Origin: Bacteroidetes bacterium OLB10
GTDB taxonomy: Bacteria; Bacteroidota; Bacteroidia; AKYH767-A; OLB10
DNA length: 64,000 nt
NCBI GenBank assembly: GCA_001567275.1
Contig: LNBX01000026.1
Span: 64,056 to 128,055 of the forward strand
Direction: 5' to 3'
The notes beneath the pieces were generated by a model. It worked only from the letters and a program-made list of their open reading frames with translations, did not search any database and was not told the DNA's origin. Positions 43,215 to 53,068 of this stretch are shown here, piece after piece. Positions within the stretch are counted from its first letter, which is position 1. The number at the start of each line of letters is the position of its first letter. Position numbers and translations under genes: made by a program.

Positions 43215-43245
43215 AAAAAAAAAAATCGCCCGGTTCTCCGGACGA
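43215..43245 (-). terminator. rho-independent terminator for rpmE (minus strand)
   Basis: On the minus-strand transcript, UCGUCCGG/CCGGGCGA stem (one G-U pair) followed by U11. Confidence 0.6.
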
Positions 43246-43271
43246 TTCTCTTTCTGAAAAATATTATATTT

Positions 43272-43556
43272 TTATTTCTCTGCAGGCTTAGCAGCTTTTT
43301 TAGATGCCACTGCCTTGGCAGCACGGTTACGGAATTTATCCACACGTCCTGCTGTGTCTATAAGTTTCATCTTACCGGTGTAGTATGGATGCGACTGATT
43401 GGAGATTTCAAGTTTTACCAATGGATATTCATTTCCATCTTCCCACTTAATGGTGTCCTTTGTCTCTACACATGACCGTGTAAGAAAAGCATAGTCGCAG
43501 CTGATATCTTTGAATACTACTAAACGATAGTTTTTTGGATGTATTTCACTTTTCAT
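43272..43556 (-). CDS. rpmE: 50S ribosomal protein L31 (type B)
   Basis: [10 protein letters not shown]… N-terminus; 94 aa. Confidence 0.85.
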   Translation of the reverse strand: MKSEIHPKNYRLVVFKDISCDYAFLTRSCVETKDTIKWEDGNEYPLVKLEISNQSHPYYTGKMKLIDTAGRVDKFRNRAAKAVASKKAAKPAEK

Positions 43557-43851
43557 CTTTAAAAGAATTATGTCAAACGGGCTGCAAAGATAATATTTAT
43601 TTCATTCGCGACAAGAAAATTTTTGGAATATGTTTTCCGCAGAGGAACAACTTTTGTCTCCTCAAAATGAACAGGTTAGAGCGTAATTGCGTCAAATTTA
43701 GCTACCATTACCGGTCATGGCTCTTCTCCTCACTTCATTTCCTGCCTTTAAGGTGAATAATTGATTATTAAATGATAGGGTGTTACCATATAGATGCAAA
43801 AGCATTAATTTCGCGCGTTTATTAAAACAAAACTGAAAGCCATTAAATAAA

Positions 43852-45729
43852 ATGCATCTGTTTAACCGTACAGCTCCGAGGTGGGTAGTTTTAATCATTG
43901 ACATGGTACTCTGTACTTTCTCGGTGTATCTGTCTTACGATTTAAGGTTCAACTTTTCCATTCCCGAAACAGAGGTAAAAATGATGCCTCTGGCATTTGG
44001 GTCGTTACTTACGGTGAGGCTCATTAGTTTTTTAATATCCCGTACCTACACAGGCATTATCCGCTATACAAGTTATAAAGATTCGCAGCGTATTTTTATT
44101 ACCCTTGCCGGTGGCACACTGTTGTTGTTTGTCATCAACCTGATTGCATTCCGTATTGCCGGAAAATATGTGGCCCCCTACTCTATTCTGATGATAGATT
44201 TTCTCATCAGCATGCTGGCTATGTCGGCAATGAGGGTTATAGTGAAAAGTGCATACATGGAATGGACACATAAAACTGACAACCGCACCGATGTGCTGAT
44301 TATGGGAGCCGGTGAAGAGGGACTGGTAGTGAAACATGCGATTGAACAGGATGCTGGAATCAACTTCAGGGTGCTTGGTTTTGTTGACGAAAATCCTAAG
44401 CTGCGAAAGCGAAAATTAGAAGGCAAACCGGTTTTTCATGTTGATTCCGACCTTGAAGATTTGTTGCGTGCCAATCAGATTTCAAGTCTCATTATTGCCG
44501 ATAAGGAAGTAAATACCAAACGTATTAATGAACTCATTGAAATATGTGTTAAGTTTAATACCAAGGTGCAGCGTGCTCCAAGTGCAGGCAACTGGGCAAA
44601 CGGTAAACTGAGTTTTGCACAGATTCAGGAAGTAAATATTGAAGACTTACTCGAACGTGACCCCATTAACCTTGATGTTAAAGAAATTCGTAACCAGCTA
44701 CAGGGAAAGTTGGTGCTTATTACGGGTGCTGCAGGATCAATAGGTTCTGAAATTGCACGACAGGTTATTTTGTATAACCCCAGCAAGGTGGTATTGTTAG
44801 ACATTGCCGAATCGCCACTCTACGAACTTGAACTATTTATCACCGAAAACAATCCGAATGCCGTTTGCGAAAGTGTGATTGCCGACATACGCAATGCCGA
44901 CCGTATGAAACGTGTATTTGATTATTTCAGGCCTGATGTGGTTTTTCATGCAGCAGCTTACAAGCATGTGCCTGTGATGGAAGTGAATCCTTCTGAAGCA
45001 ATACTCACCAACGTAAAAGGCACCAAAATACTGGCTGACCTTTCGGTGCAATATGGTGTAGAAAAATTTGTAATGATTTCTACCGACAAAGCAGTGAACC
45101 CTACCAATGTGATGGGTGCGTCCAAACGAATTGCTGAAATTTACATTCAGTCGCTGAATAAAATTTCTGACACACAGTTTATCACTACACGTTTCGGTAA
45201 TGTGCTTGGTTCGGCAGGTTCAGTGATTCCACGTTTCAAAAAACAAATTGAAAAAGGATTGCCTGTAACCGTAACTGATGAAAATATTACACGTTTTTTT
45301 ATGACCATACCCGAAGCATGTCAGCTCGTGCTCGAAGCATGCAAAATGGGACATGGCGGTGAGATTTTTATTTTCGACATGGGCAAACCTGTAAAGATTG
45401 CCGAGCTTGCAAGAAAAATGATCAGGCTCAGCGGACTGGAACCCGACAAAGACATCAGAATCGTTTATACCGGTTTGCGTCCGGGAGAAAAACTTTATGA
45501 GGAACTGCTCAACAAACAGGAAGACACTCTTGCCACACATCATTCTAAAATATTAATTGCTAAAGTCAGAGAATATCATTTTGAAGAGATAAGCCGTGAG
45601 ATTGATGAGTTGACAGAGCTTTTCAAAACACAGGACAACATTGCACTCGTATCGAAAATGAAAGCCATCGTTCCTGAATATATCAGCAACAACAGTGAGT
45701 TCGAAAAATTAGACAGAAGAAGCATCTGA
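43852..45729 (+). CDS. membrane-anchored polysaccharide biosynthesis protein, UDP-sugar 4,6-dehydratase (CapD/PglF/WbpM family)
   Basis: N-terminal TM helices; Rossmann motif LITGAAGSIGSEI; SDR core; 625 aa. Confidence 0.8.
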   Translation: MHLFNRTAPRWVVLIIDMVLCTFSVYLSYDLRFNFSIPETEVKMMPLAFGSLLTVRLISFLISRTYTGIIRYTSYKDSQRIFITLAGGTLLLFVINLIAFRIAGKYVAPYSILMIDFLISMLAMSAMRVIVKSAYMEWTHKTDNRTDVLIMGAGEEGLVVKHAIEQDAGINFRVLGFVDENPKLRKRKLEGKPVFHVDSDLEDLLRANQISSLIIADKEVNTKRINELIEICVKFNTKVQRAPSAGNWANGKLSFAQIQEVNIEDLLERDPINLDVKEIRNQLQGKLVLITGAAGSIGSEIARQVILYNPSKVVLLDIAESPLYELELFITENNPNAVCESVIADIRNADRMKRVFDYFRPDVVFHAAAYKHVPVMEVNPSEAILTNVKGTKILADLSVQYGVEKFVMISTDKAVNPTNVMGASKRIAEIYIQSLNKISDTQFITTRFGNVLGSAGSVIPRFKKQIEKGLPVTVTDENITRFFMTIPEACQLVLEACKMGHGGEIFIFDMGKPVKIAELARKMIRLSGLEPDKDIRIVYTGLRPGEKLYEELLNKQEDTLATHHSKILIAKVREYHFEEISREIDELTELFKTQDNIALVSKMKAIVPEYISNNSEFEKLDRRSI

Positions 45730-45835
45730 CCAATTCAGGCAATCGTACAGCAATACAATTGCATCATTCTGTTTTAAATCACAAAAATTACAATAGCGCG
45801 TCTTCGCTATTTAGTGCTATGGGTGAGCGGTTTTT

Positions 45836-45878
45836 ACTCCCGGCAGTCCCGCAGTACTGCGGGACTGCCGGGAGTCAG
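45836..45878. repeat. REP-like palindromic element, copy B (perfect 40-bp palindrome followed by GTCAG)
   Basis: ACTCCCGGCAGTCCCGCAGT|ACTGCGGGACTGCCGGGAGT is perfect over 20+20 bp and is GC-rich within an AT-rich spacer. Shares its core with copy A. Confidence 0.65.
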
Positions 45879-46029
45879 TTTACTGATTGTAGTTTTCTTT
45901 GGTACCTGAATGAAAGGTGATTTTAGGATTAAAAAACCAAATATGTTGTCACATTTTAGAATGATTCATATTTCTTCAATTCGAACACCATCAAACCTAT
46001 ATGCAGCATTAGTTTAGTATTTTTGCCGA

Positions 46030-47939
46030 ATGCTTGTTTTAAATTCCATCAGCTTCGATTTTGGAGGCCGTTATCTATACCGCGATGCATCATGGCACAT
46101 TAAACCCAATCAGAAAATTGGACTGGTAGGCGCCAATGGTACCGGAAAATCAACCCTGCTGCGCATTATCCATGGTGAATATAGCCTTACAGGTGGAGAA
46201 ATCACCGGAAGACGCGACCTTACCATAGGTTTTCTTAATCAGGATTTACTTTCGTATGAGTCGGATAAAAGTATTCTCGATGTAGCACTTGAAGTTTTTG
46301 AACGCGAAAACATCCTTCACGAAAAAATAGAAAAAATTCTGAAACAACTCGAAACTGAACATGGCGAAGAGTTACTGAATGAACTTTATTTTCTCCAAAG
46401 TGAATTCGAATCGCTTGACGGCTACACCATCACCCATCGTGCCGAAGCCATACTGGAAGGTCTTGGTTTCTCTACAGCAGACCTCAGTCGTCCGCTCAAA
46501 GAATTTTCGGGAGGATGGCGTATGCGTGTAATGCTTGCGCGAATGCTGCTGAAAAAACCTGACCTGCTGATGCTTGACGAACCTACCAACCACCTGGATC
46601 TTCCATCCATTCAATGGCTCGAAAAATATCTTCAGGACTATGACGGAACATTTATTCTTGTTTCGCACGACCGTTATTTCTTAGACCGCACCGTGAACAC
46701 CATTGCTGAAATTGCCAACGAAAAAATTACGATTTATACAGGAAATTTTTCAGATTATCTTGAACAAAAGACACTGCGTGACGAATTGCAGCAGCGGCAG
46801 TTCGACAATCAGGAGAAATATATCAAAGAACAACAAAAGCTGATAGACCGTTTCAGAGCTAAGGCAAGCAAGGCCAAGATGGCACAGTCGCGAATGAAAA
46901 TGCTGGACCGCATGGACAAAGTGGAAGCCGTAGCAGGGCCTTCGTCAACCATGAGGTTGTCGCTGAATATTGAATCACAACCCGGAAAAGTTGTTTATGA
47001 AGGTCATCACATCACCAAAAAATATGATGCACTTGAAATATTCAACAACACCCATTTTCAGATTGAACGCGGTGATAAAATTGCACTCATTGGTGCCAAC
47101 GGAAAAGGTAAATCCACACTGCTTAAAATAATTGCCGGAACTGAAACAGCCGGAGGAGAACTGAAAGAAGGATACAATGTAAAAACATCTTTCTATGCGC
47201 AGCATCAGCTCGAAAGTCTGAACATCAACAACGACCTGATGACGGAGTTGCAACTGTTTGCTCCGCTTGAAACCGATCAGCGCATACGAAGTATTCTCGG
47301 AGCATTTCTGTTTAACAAGGATGATGTGTTCAAAAAAATAAAAGTGCTTTCAGGAGGCGAAAAAGCACGTGTGGCCTTAGGCAAACTAATTCTGAGCAAA
47401 GCCAATTTTCTGTTACTTGACGAGCCTACCAACCACCTCGATATGCAATCGGTGGAAATACTGACAGAGGTACTGCAGAATTACGAAGGCACTTTTGTAG
47501 TGGTTTCGCACGACCGTTTTTTGTGGAACAAATTGCCAATAAAATATGGTTTATCGAAAACCATCAGCTCAAAGAATATCCGGGCACCTATGAAGAGTAT
47601 GAACACTGGGCAGCAAGAAAACAGCAGGAGAAAAAATCGGAAGTGAAAACTGCCGTTAAAAAAACGATAAAGGAAAAAAATGAGACACCTGTTGAAGCAG
47701 ACGTAAAAAAACAAGTTGCATTGCTCGAAAAACAAGTAAAAAAATTAGAGACTGAACTGAATGATGCACGCAGAAAAAAAGATGACCTGCTGGAACAATT
47801 AAGCAAGGAAGAAAACTACAGCGACAAAGAAAAAAGCGCACAACTGCAGGCTGCTTACGAGCAATCTGAAAAAGAATGTAACGAACTGCAAAGCCGCTGG
47901 GAAGATGGTTATATGCAATGGATGGAATTAAGCGAATAA
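46030..47939 (+). CDS. ABC-F family ATPase (Uup-like, C-terminal coiled coil), split by a frameshift in the T6 run at 47517-47522
   Basis: Two ABC cassettes (GANGTGKST, GANGKGKST; signature LSGGW, LSGGE). ORF 47523-47939 continues …IWFIENHQLKEYPG… in another frame; one T fewer restores SHDRFFVEQIANKIWFIEN. Confidence 0.8.
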
Positions 47940-47942
47940 AGG

Positions 47943-49233
47943 ATGAAAAAATTTGTAATTACAATCGTATGCCTGATGTTATACCTGACATCGTCAGCAC
48001 AAAACTCTTCAGAGTATTTCAATCAGAATTATTTCAGATATGATAATTACATCTATCGCCCCAACATCAAAACAGTAATACTTGAAAACTCCCAGCTGCC
48101 TCTGAGCGAACCCACCATTGAGCTGAACTCGGGTATGCAACTGATGCTGAAATTTGACGACCTGGATGGCGACTACAAAGATTACTGGTACACCATCATT
48201 CATTGCGATGCACAGTGGAAACCTTCAGACATCACACGCTCCACTTATCTGTACAGTTTTTACGAAGACAGAATAATGGATTACAGTTTTTCATTCAACA
48301 CTCTTCAGCCTTATACCAATTATCAGCTTAAATTTCCGAATGAACAAATCAAACCTATGATTTCAGGAAATTATCTGCTGAAAGTTTATCTCGACAACAA
48401 CCCCGACAGTGTGGCTTTTACAAGAAGATTTTTAGTGTACGAAAATTTAGTGGACATACAGGCATCTGTACATGCAGCTACTTCAGCAGAATTCCGTCAG
48501 CAGAAACAGGAAGTGGATTTCAGCATTGGCACCAGCAGATATCCCATTACCAATCCCTTTGGCGATTTGAAAGTAAAAAATTTTGCAGAACTTCAGATGG
48601 GATAATGCACTCGATAACCTGAAACCAATTTTCATCAAGGACGATTTATTAGACTACAATTACGATGAGGAAAACACTTTCAACGGAGGTAATGAGTTCA
48701 GAAGATTTGACATACGCTCGCTGAAATACGAAACAGAATTTGTTCAGCGCATTGTGATGCACGATGACGGAACCGATGTTTATCTGATGCCCGACAAGGT
48801 AAGATACTACACACGCTACTCTTCCGACAACGACATCAACGGAAAGTTTGAAATAAAAAACTACAGCGGCAGTCACCCCGACAGAGATGCTGATTATGCC
48901 AAAGTGCACTTTCAGCTCAATTACAAAGATCCCGTTCAGGATGGAAACATTTACATTGCAGGCGACCTTACCGACTGGCAGTATAACAACAACACCATGA
49001 TGAAGTATGACGAAGAACTGAAGGCCTATACCGGAACATTATTTCTCAAACAGGGATATTACAACTATGAATATATGTTTGTGAAAGACAGAACAACCTA
49101 TGGTGATGAAAGCTGGCTTGAAGGAAATCATTACGAAACTGAAAACAATTACTGGATTCTGGTTTATTACCGCCCTCAGACTGTGCGTTACGATAAATTG
49201 ATTGCCTGCAGAAAATTTGCTGCCAATCGCTGA
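47943..49233 (+). CDS. DUF5103-like protein (possible T9SS plug-protein family), split by a frameshift in the A6 run at 48575-48580
   Basis: ORFs 47943-48605 and 48583-49233 overlap in different frames. Signal peptide present; motifs [24 protein letters not shown] and NYLLKVYLD resemble DUF5103 as I recall it; about 430 aa when joined. Confidence 0.4.
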
Positions 49234-49488
49234 AAATAAAAAGGGTAAGCTACTTATATCGCACCGCTACAACCCCTTATCCTTGCTGCATTCCTGCCCT
49301 GGGGAGGTTCGGGGGAGCTGGTCGTATAAGACTTACCCGGGCACAAAGATAGAAAAACATCGTTTACAAATTGTTGCAATCTGACAATAGCACTGCTGAA
49401 AGATTCGTTAAAAGACTGATTTTTCACTGCTGTGAGCAATAAAATTTATGACACCGGAAATTGATATAAAGTTTCACCGTCAGTTTAG

Positions 49489-49496
49489 TACATTTG
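49489..49496 (+). promoter_or_regulatory. candidate -7 box TACATTTG upstream of the DUF4199 gene
   Basis: TAnnTTTG match 18 nt upstream of ATG 49515. Confidence 0.3.
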
Positions 49497-49514
49497 CGCG
49501 TTTAACAACATTTT

Positions 49515-50021
49515 ATGACACGTTACGCCATACATTATGGAGGAATTACAGGCGCCTCTGTTTTTGCAGTGTTTCTCCTCTTGTATTTAGCGGGTTTCAA
49601 CCCGCTGGGAAATGCTTCGTGGATAGGAGCCTGGATACCCATTGTGATGATTGCCCGTTCGGTAAAAATGTATCGCGATCATGAATGCGAAGGATTTATT
49701 ACTTATGGCAATGCATTTCGTATGGGATTAACTACTGCCATATTAGGAGGATTGCTGTCGGCATTACTGATATTTATTTTCTGTACAGTAATTGACAGCT
49801 CAGTGGTGGATCAGTTCAAATCGGATGCGCTTGCACAACTTGAACTAATGGAAACAGAGTTTAAAGGATTGCTGAGCGAAGCTACCTATGATAAACTGGT
49901 GGAAGACTACAACAGCATTGATGTAAAAACCATTGCACTGAGTGAGTTTATGAGCAAGAGTTTGTCGGGATTTATATTGTCACTCATTATTGCTGCTATT
50001 TATAAAAAAAAATCATTCTAA
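49515..50021 (+). CDS. DUF4199-like small membrane protein
   Basis: Four predicted TM helices and a YGGITGA N-terminal motif; 168 aa. Confidence 0.45.
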   Translation: MTRYAIHYGGITGASVFAVFLLLYLAGFNPLGNASWIGAWIPIVMIARSVKMYRDHECEGFITYGNAFRMGLTTAILGGLLSALLIFIFCTVIDSSVVDQFKSDALAQLELMETEFKGLLSEATYDKLVEDYNSIDVKTIALSEFMSKSLSGFILSLIIAAIYKKKSF

Positions 50022-50039
50022 CTTTCCATCAGAATAATC

Positions 50040-51017
50040 ATGAGCACAAACGTTCAGGACATATCGGTAATCATTCCATTATACAACGAGGAAGAGTCGC
50101 TGCCCGAACTGGTATCATGGATTGAAAAAGTGATGCAGCAACATCATTACAGTTATGAAATCATCATGATAGATGACGGAAGCAAGGACGATTCGTGGAA
50201 AGTGATTGCTTCGCTGGCAGAAAAAAATCCTCAGGTGAGAGGTTTCAAATTCAAACGAAATTATGGTAAGTCTGCCGCACTGCACAAAGGTTTTGAAGCA
50301 GCAAATGGAAAAGTAGTGATTACCATGGATGCCGATTTGCAGGACAGCCCCGATGAAATTCCCGGACTTTATAAAATGATTACCGAAGATAAATACGATT
50401 TGGTAAGCGGTTGGAAAAAGAAAAGACATGATCCGATTTCAAAAACTTTGCCTAGTAAATTCTTCAACAGCGTTACACGTAAGGTATCAGGCATACATAA
50501 TCTGCACGACTTCAACTGCGGACTGAAAGCCTATCATATCAATGTGGTAAAAAACATTGAAGTATATGGCGAGATGCATCGCTACATTCCTGTTATAGCC
50601 AAGTGGGTTGGTTTTACCAAAATCGGAGAGAAAGAAGTTGAACACCGTGCAAGGAAGTATGGAAAAACCAAATTCGGACTTGAACGATTTGTCAATGGTT
50701 TTCTTGATTTGTTGTCCATCACTTTTGTTTCGCGTTTCGGCAAAAAACCAATGCACCTGTTTGGCACCTTAGGTACGCTGATGTTTACACTCGGATTATT
50801 GGGTGCTGCATATCTGGGTATTTCAAAAATTTATTGTGTGTATAACGACATTCCAGCCACACGACTCACACAGCGTCCGTCATTTTATCTGTTACTCACA
50901 TCCATGATCATTGGTACGCAGTTGTTTTTAGCAGGATTTTTAGCTGAAATGATTTCGCGAAACGATAAAGACAGAAACCGTTATATCATAGAAAAAGAAA
51001 TTAACTCAGCAAGCTGA
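50040..51017 (+). CDS. GT2 polyprenol-phosphate glycosyltransferase (DPM1/GtrB/ArnC-like) with C-terminal TM pair
   Basis: VIIPLYNEE…; DXD motif in MDADLQDSP; two C-terminal TM helices; 325 aa. Confidence 0.8.
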   Translation: MSTNVQDISVIIPLYNEEESLPELVSWIEKVMQQHHYSYEIIMIDDGSKDDSWKVIASLAEKNPQVRGFKFKRNYGKSAALHKGFEAANGKVVITMDADLQDSPDEIPGLYKMITEDKYDLVSGWKKKRHDPISKTLPSKFFNSVTRKVSGIHNLHDFNCGLKAYHINVVKNIEVYGEMHRYIPVIAKWVGFTKIGEKEVEHRARKYGKTKFGLERFVNGFLDLLSITFVSRFGKKPMHLFGTLGTLMFTLGLLGAAYLGISKIYCVYNDIPATRLTQRPSFYLLLTSMIIGTQLFLAGFLAEMISRNDKDRNRYIIEKEINSAS

Positions 51018-51037
51018 GAGGGAAAAATAAAATCGTA

Positions 51038-52978
51038 TTGAAGCTATCAGTAATAATTGTTAACTACAATGTAAAATATTTTCTGGAGCAGTGTCTGCTT
51101 TCGGTGCAGAAGGCTTCAAAAAATATAGCAGTGGAAGTATTTGTGGTTGACAACAATTCTGTTGACGGATCATGCGACATGGTCAGAGAAAAATTTCCTG
51201 AAGTAAAACTGATTGAAAACAAAATCAACACCGGATTTTCAAGAGCCAACAACCAGGCCATTCAGCAGAGCAGTGGCGAGTATGTGTTGCTGCTGAATCC
51301 CGACACTGTGGTTGAAGAAGATACGTTCAACAAAGTTGTTTCATTCATGGATGCACATCCTGATGCCGGAGGTTTGGGTGTTCACATGATAGACGGAAAA
51401 GGGAATTATCTGCCTGAATCAAAAAGAGGATTGCCAACCCCTGCTGTTGCATTCTACAAAATATTCGGACTGTCGGCACTGTTTCCCAAGTCAAAAATTT
51501 TCGGGCGTTATCATCTCGGATATTTAGACAAAAACAAAACACATGAAATAGAAGTGCTCAGCGGAGCATTTATGCTGATGCGGAAAGCTGCACTTGACAA
51601 AACCGGTTTGCTTGACGAAACTTTTTTCATGTATGGAGAAGACATTGACCTCTCCTACCGCATCACACAGGCCGGATACAAAAATTATTATTTCCCAGAA
51701 ACAAAAATTATCCATTACAAAGGCGAAAGCACCAAGAAAAGCAGTGTGAATTATGTGGTGGTGTTTTACAAAGCCATGAGCATTTTTGCCAAAAAACATT
51801 TTTCGCAAAGCAATGCAGCGTTATTTTCTTTCCTGATAAATATTGCCATTTATCTGCGTGCAGGTGCAGCCATCGTCAGCAGATTTTTAAGCCGTATGTT
51901 TCTGCCACTGCTGGATGCAGTGACAATTTACGGAGGTTATTACATTATCAAAACATACTGGGAGCTTTATGTAAAACAACTGCATTATCCTGATGAGTAC
52001 ATGATGTATGTTGTTCCTGCTTATGTGTTGATATGGATTATATCATCCTTCCTCACGGGTGGATATGACAAGCCACTCAGAATTTCGAAAACCATCAGAG
52101 GGATTTTATCCGGAACCATTTTTATTCTTGTTGTATATGCCTTGCTCAGCGAGCAATATCGTTTTTCGCGTGCACTGATTATCATGAACACTGCATGGGC
52201 ATGTCTGATTACAGCACTCATCCGCTATGCGCTCAATGCATCAGGAATGAAAGGTTATGCACTGGCTGCAGATGTGCGCAAGCGATTAATCATTGTTGCT
52301 GATACTGCAAATGCAAAACGAATTCTCTCACTGCTGCAGCTGTCTGGTTCGAGTACACAGTTTATCGGATTTATTGACACCGGAAATACAGGAGATCAGG
52401 AGCTTAAACAATTCAGACTTGGTAATATTTCTCAACTCAGTGAAGTGATAGAAATTTACCGTATTGACGAAGTGATTTTCAGTTCGCAATCGTTAAGTTC
52501 TCACGACATTATTGAACACATGCTTGCACCAAGACAGCGCGATGTGGAATATAAAATTGCTCCTGCCGAAAGTTTATTTATCATAGGCAGCAACTCCATC
52601 AACGACAATGGTGATTTGTATCTGGTGGATGTGAATGCTCTGAACAACCCTGTAAACAAACGCAAGAAGCGTGTTTTTGATGTTGTGGTATCACTGCTGT
52701 TGCTGCTCTTTTCTCCGGTATTGATTTTTATATTGAAAAGTAAATCGGCACTTATCTCCAACAGTATTTCTGTGCTACGAGGTAAAAAAACCTGGGTAGC
52801 TCCTGATATTAAAAAGCCTGCGAACGATGTTTCGAAAATCAAACAAGGAATTTTCAGTCCTGCTGACGGGCTGCACATTCCGGAAGGGAATGTGCAAATG
52901 CGTGACCGGTTGAATGTGCTTTATACAAGAGAGTACAAACTCTGGAATGACTGGGAAATACTGAGAAGAAATGTTTAA
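51038..52978 (+). CDS. GT2 glycosyltransferase fused to a polyprenyl-glycosylphosphotransferase-like membrane/Rossmann region with a truncated C-terminal catalytic segment
   Basis: N-terminus VIIVNYN…DNNSVDGS…LNPDT (GT2). Then 4-5 TM helices, a CoA-binding-like segment (KRLIIVADTANAKRIL…FIGFIDTGN…RIDEVIF), and a reentrant helix KRKKRVFDVVVSLLLLLFSPVLIFIL. Only about 100 further residues follow. Confidence 0.55.
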   Translation: MKLSVIIVNYNVKYFLEQCLLSVQKASKNIAVEVFVVDNNSVDGSCDMVREKFPEVKLIENKINTGFSRANNQAIQQSSGEYVLLLNPDTVVEEDTFNKVVSFMDAHPDAGGLGVHMIDGKGNYLPESKRGLPTPAVAFYKIFGLSALFPKSKIFGRYHLGYLDKNKTHEIEVLSGAFMLMRKAALDKTGLLDETFFMYGEDIDLSYRITQAGYKNYYFPETKIIHYKGESTKKSSVNYVVVFYKAMSIFAKKHFSQSNAALFSFLINIAIYLRAGAAIVSRFLSRMFLPLLDAVTIYGGYYIIKTYWELYVKQLHYPDEYMMYVVPAYVLIWIISSFLTGGYDKPLRISKTIRGILSGTIFILVVYALLSEQYRFSRALIIMNTAWACLITALIRYALNASGMKGYALAADVRKRLIIVADTANAKRILSLLQLSGSSTQFIGFIDTGNTGDQELKQFRLGNISQLSEVIEIYRIDEVIFSSQSLSSHDIIEHMLAPRQRDVEYKIAPAESLFIIGSNSINDNGDLYLVDVNALNNPVNKRKKRVFDVVVSLLLLLFSPVLIFILKSKSALISNSISVLRGKKTWVAPDIKKPANDVSKIKQGIFSPADGLHIPEGNVQMRDRLNVLYTREYKLWNDWEILRRNV

Positions 52979-53068
52979 CTGATTTTGCAAAAAGCTACAG
53001 AAAACAATTTTATAATCCGTTTTACTTCTGAAAATAATATTTGCAGTGTCTGTTGACAATTCTGATGT

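Noticed and set aside
46018-46025. TATTTTTG -7-like box upstream of the ABC-F gene
   Set aside because: It is only 4 nt from the ATG, too close for a normal leader, so it is likely a chance match and was not listed as a feature.
49243-49337. SRP (4.5S) RNA identity for the GC-rich segment
   Set aside because: It lacks the conserved domain IV motif (GGAAGGAAGCAGC-like) expected of bacterial SRP RNA, so this identification was not adopted.
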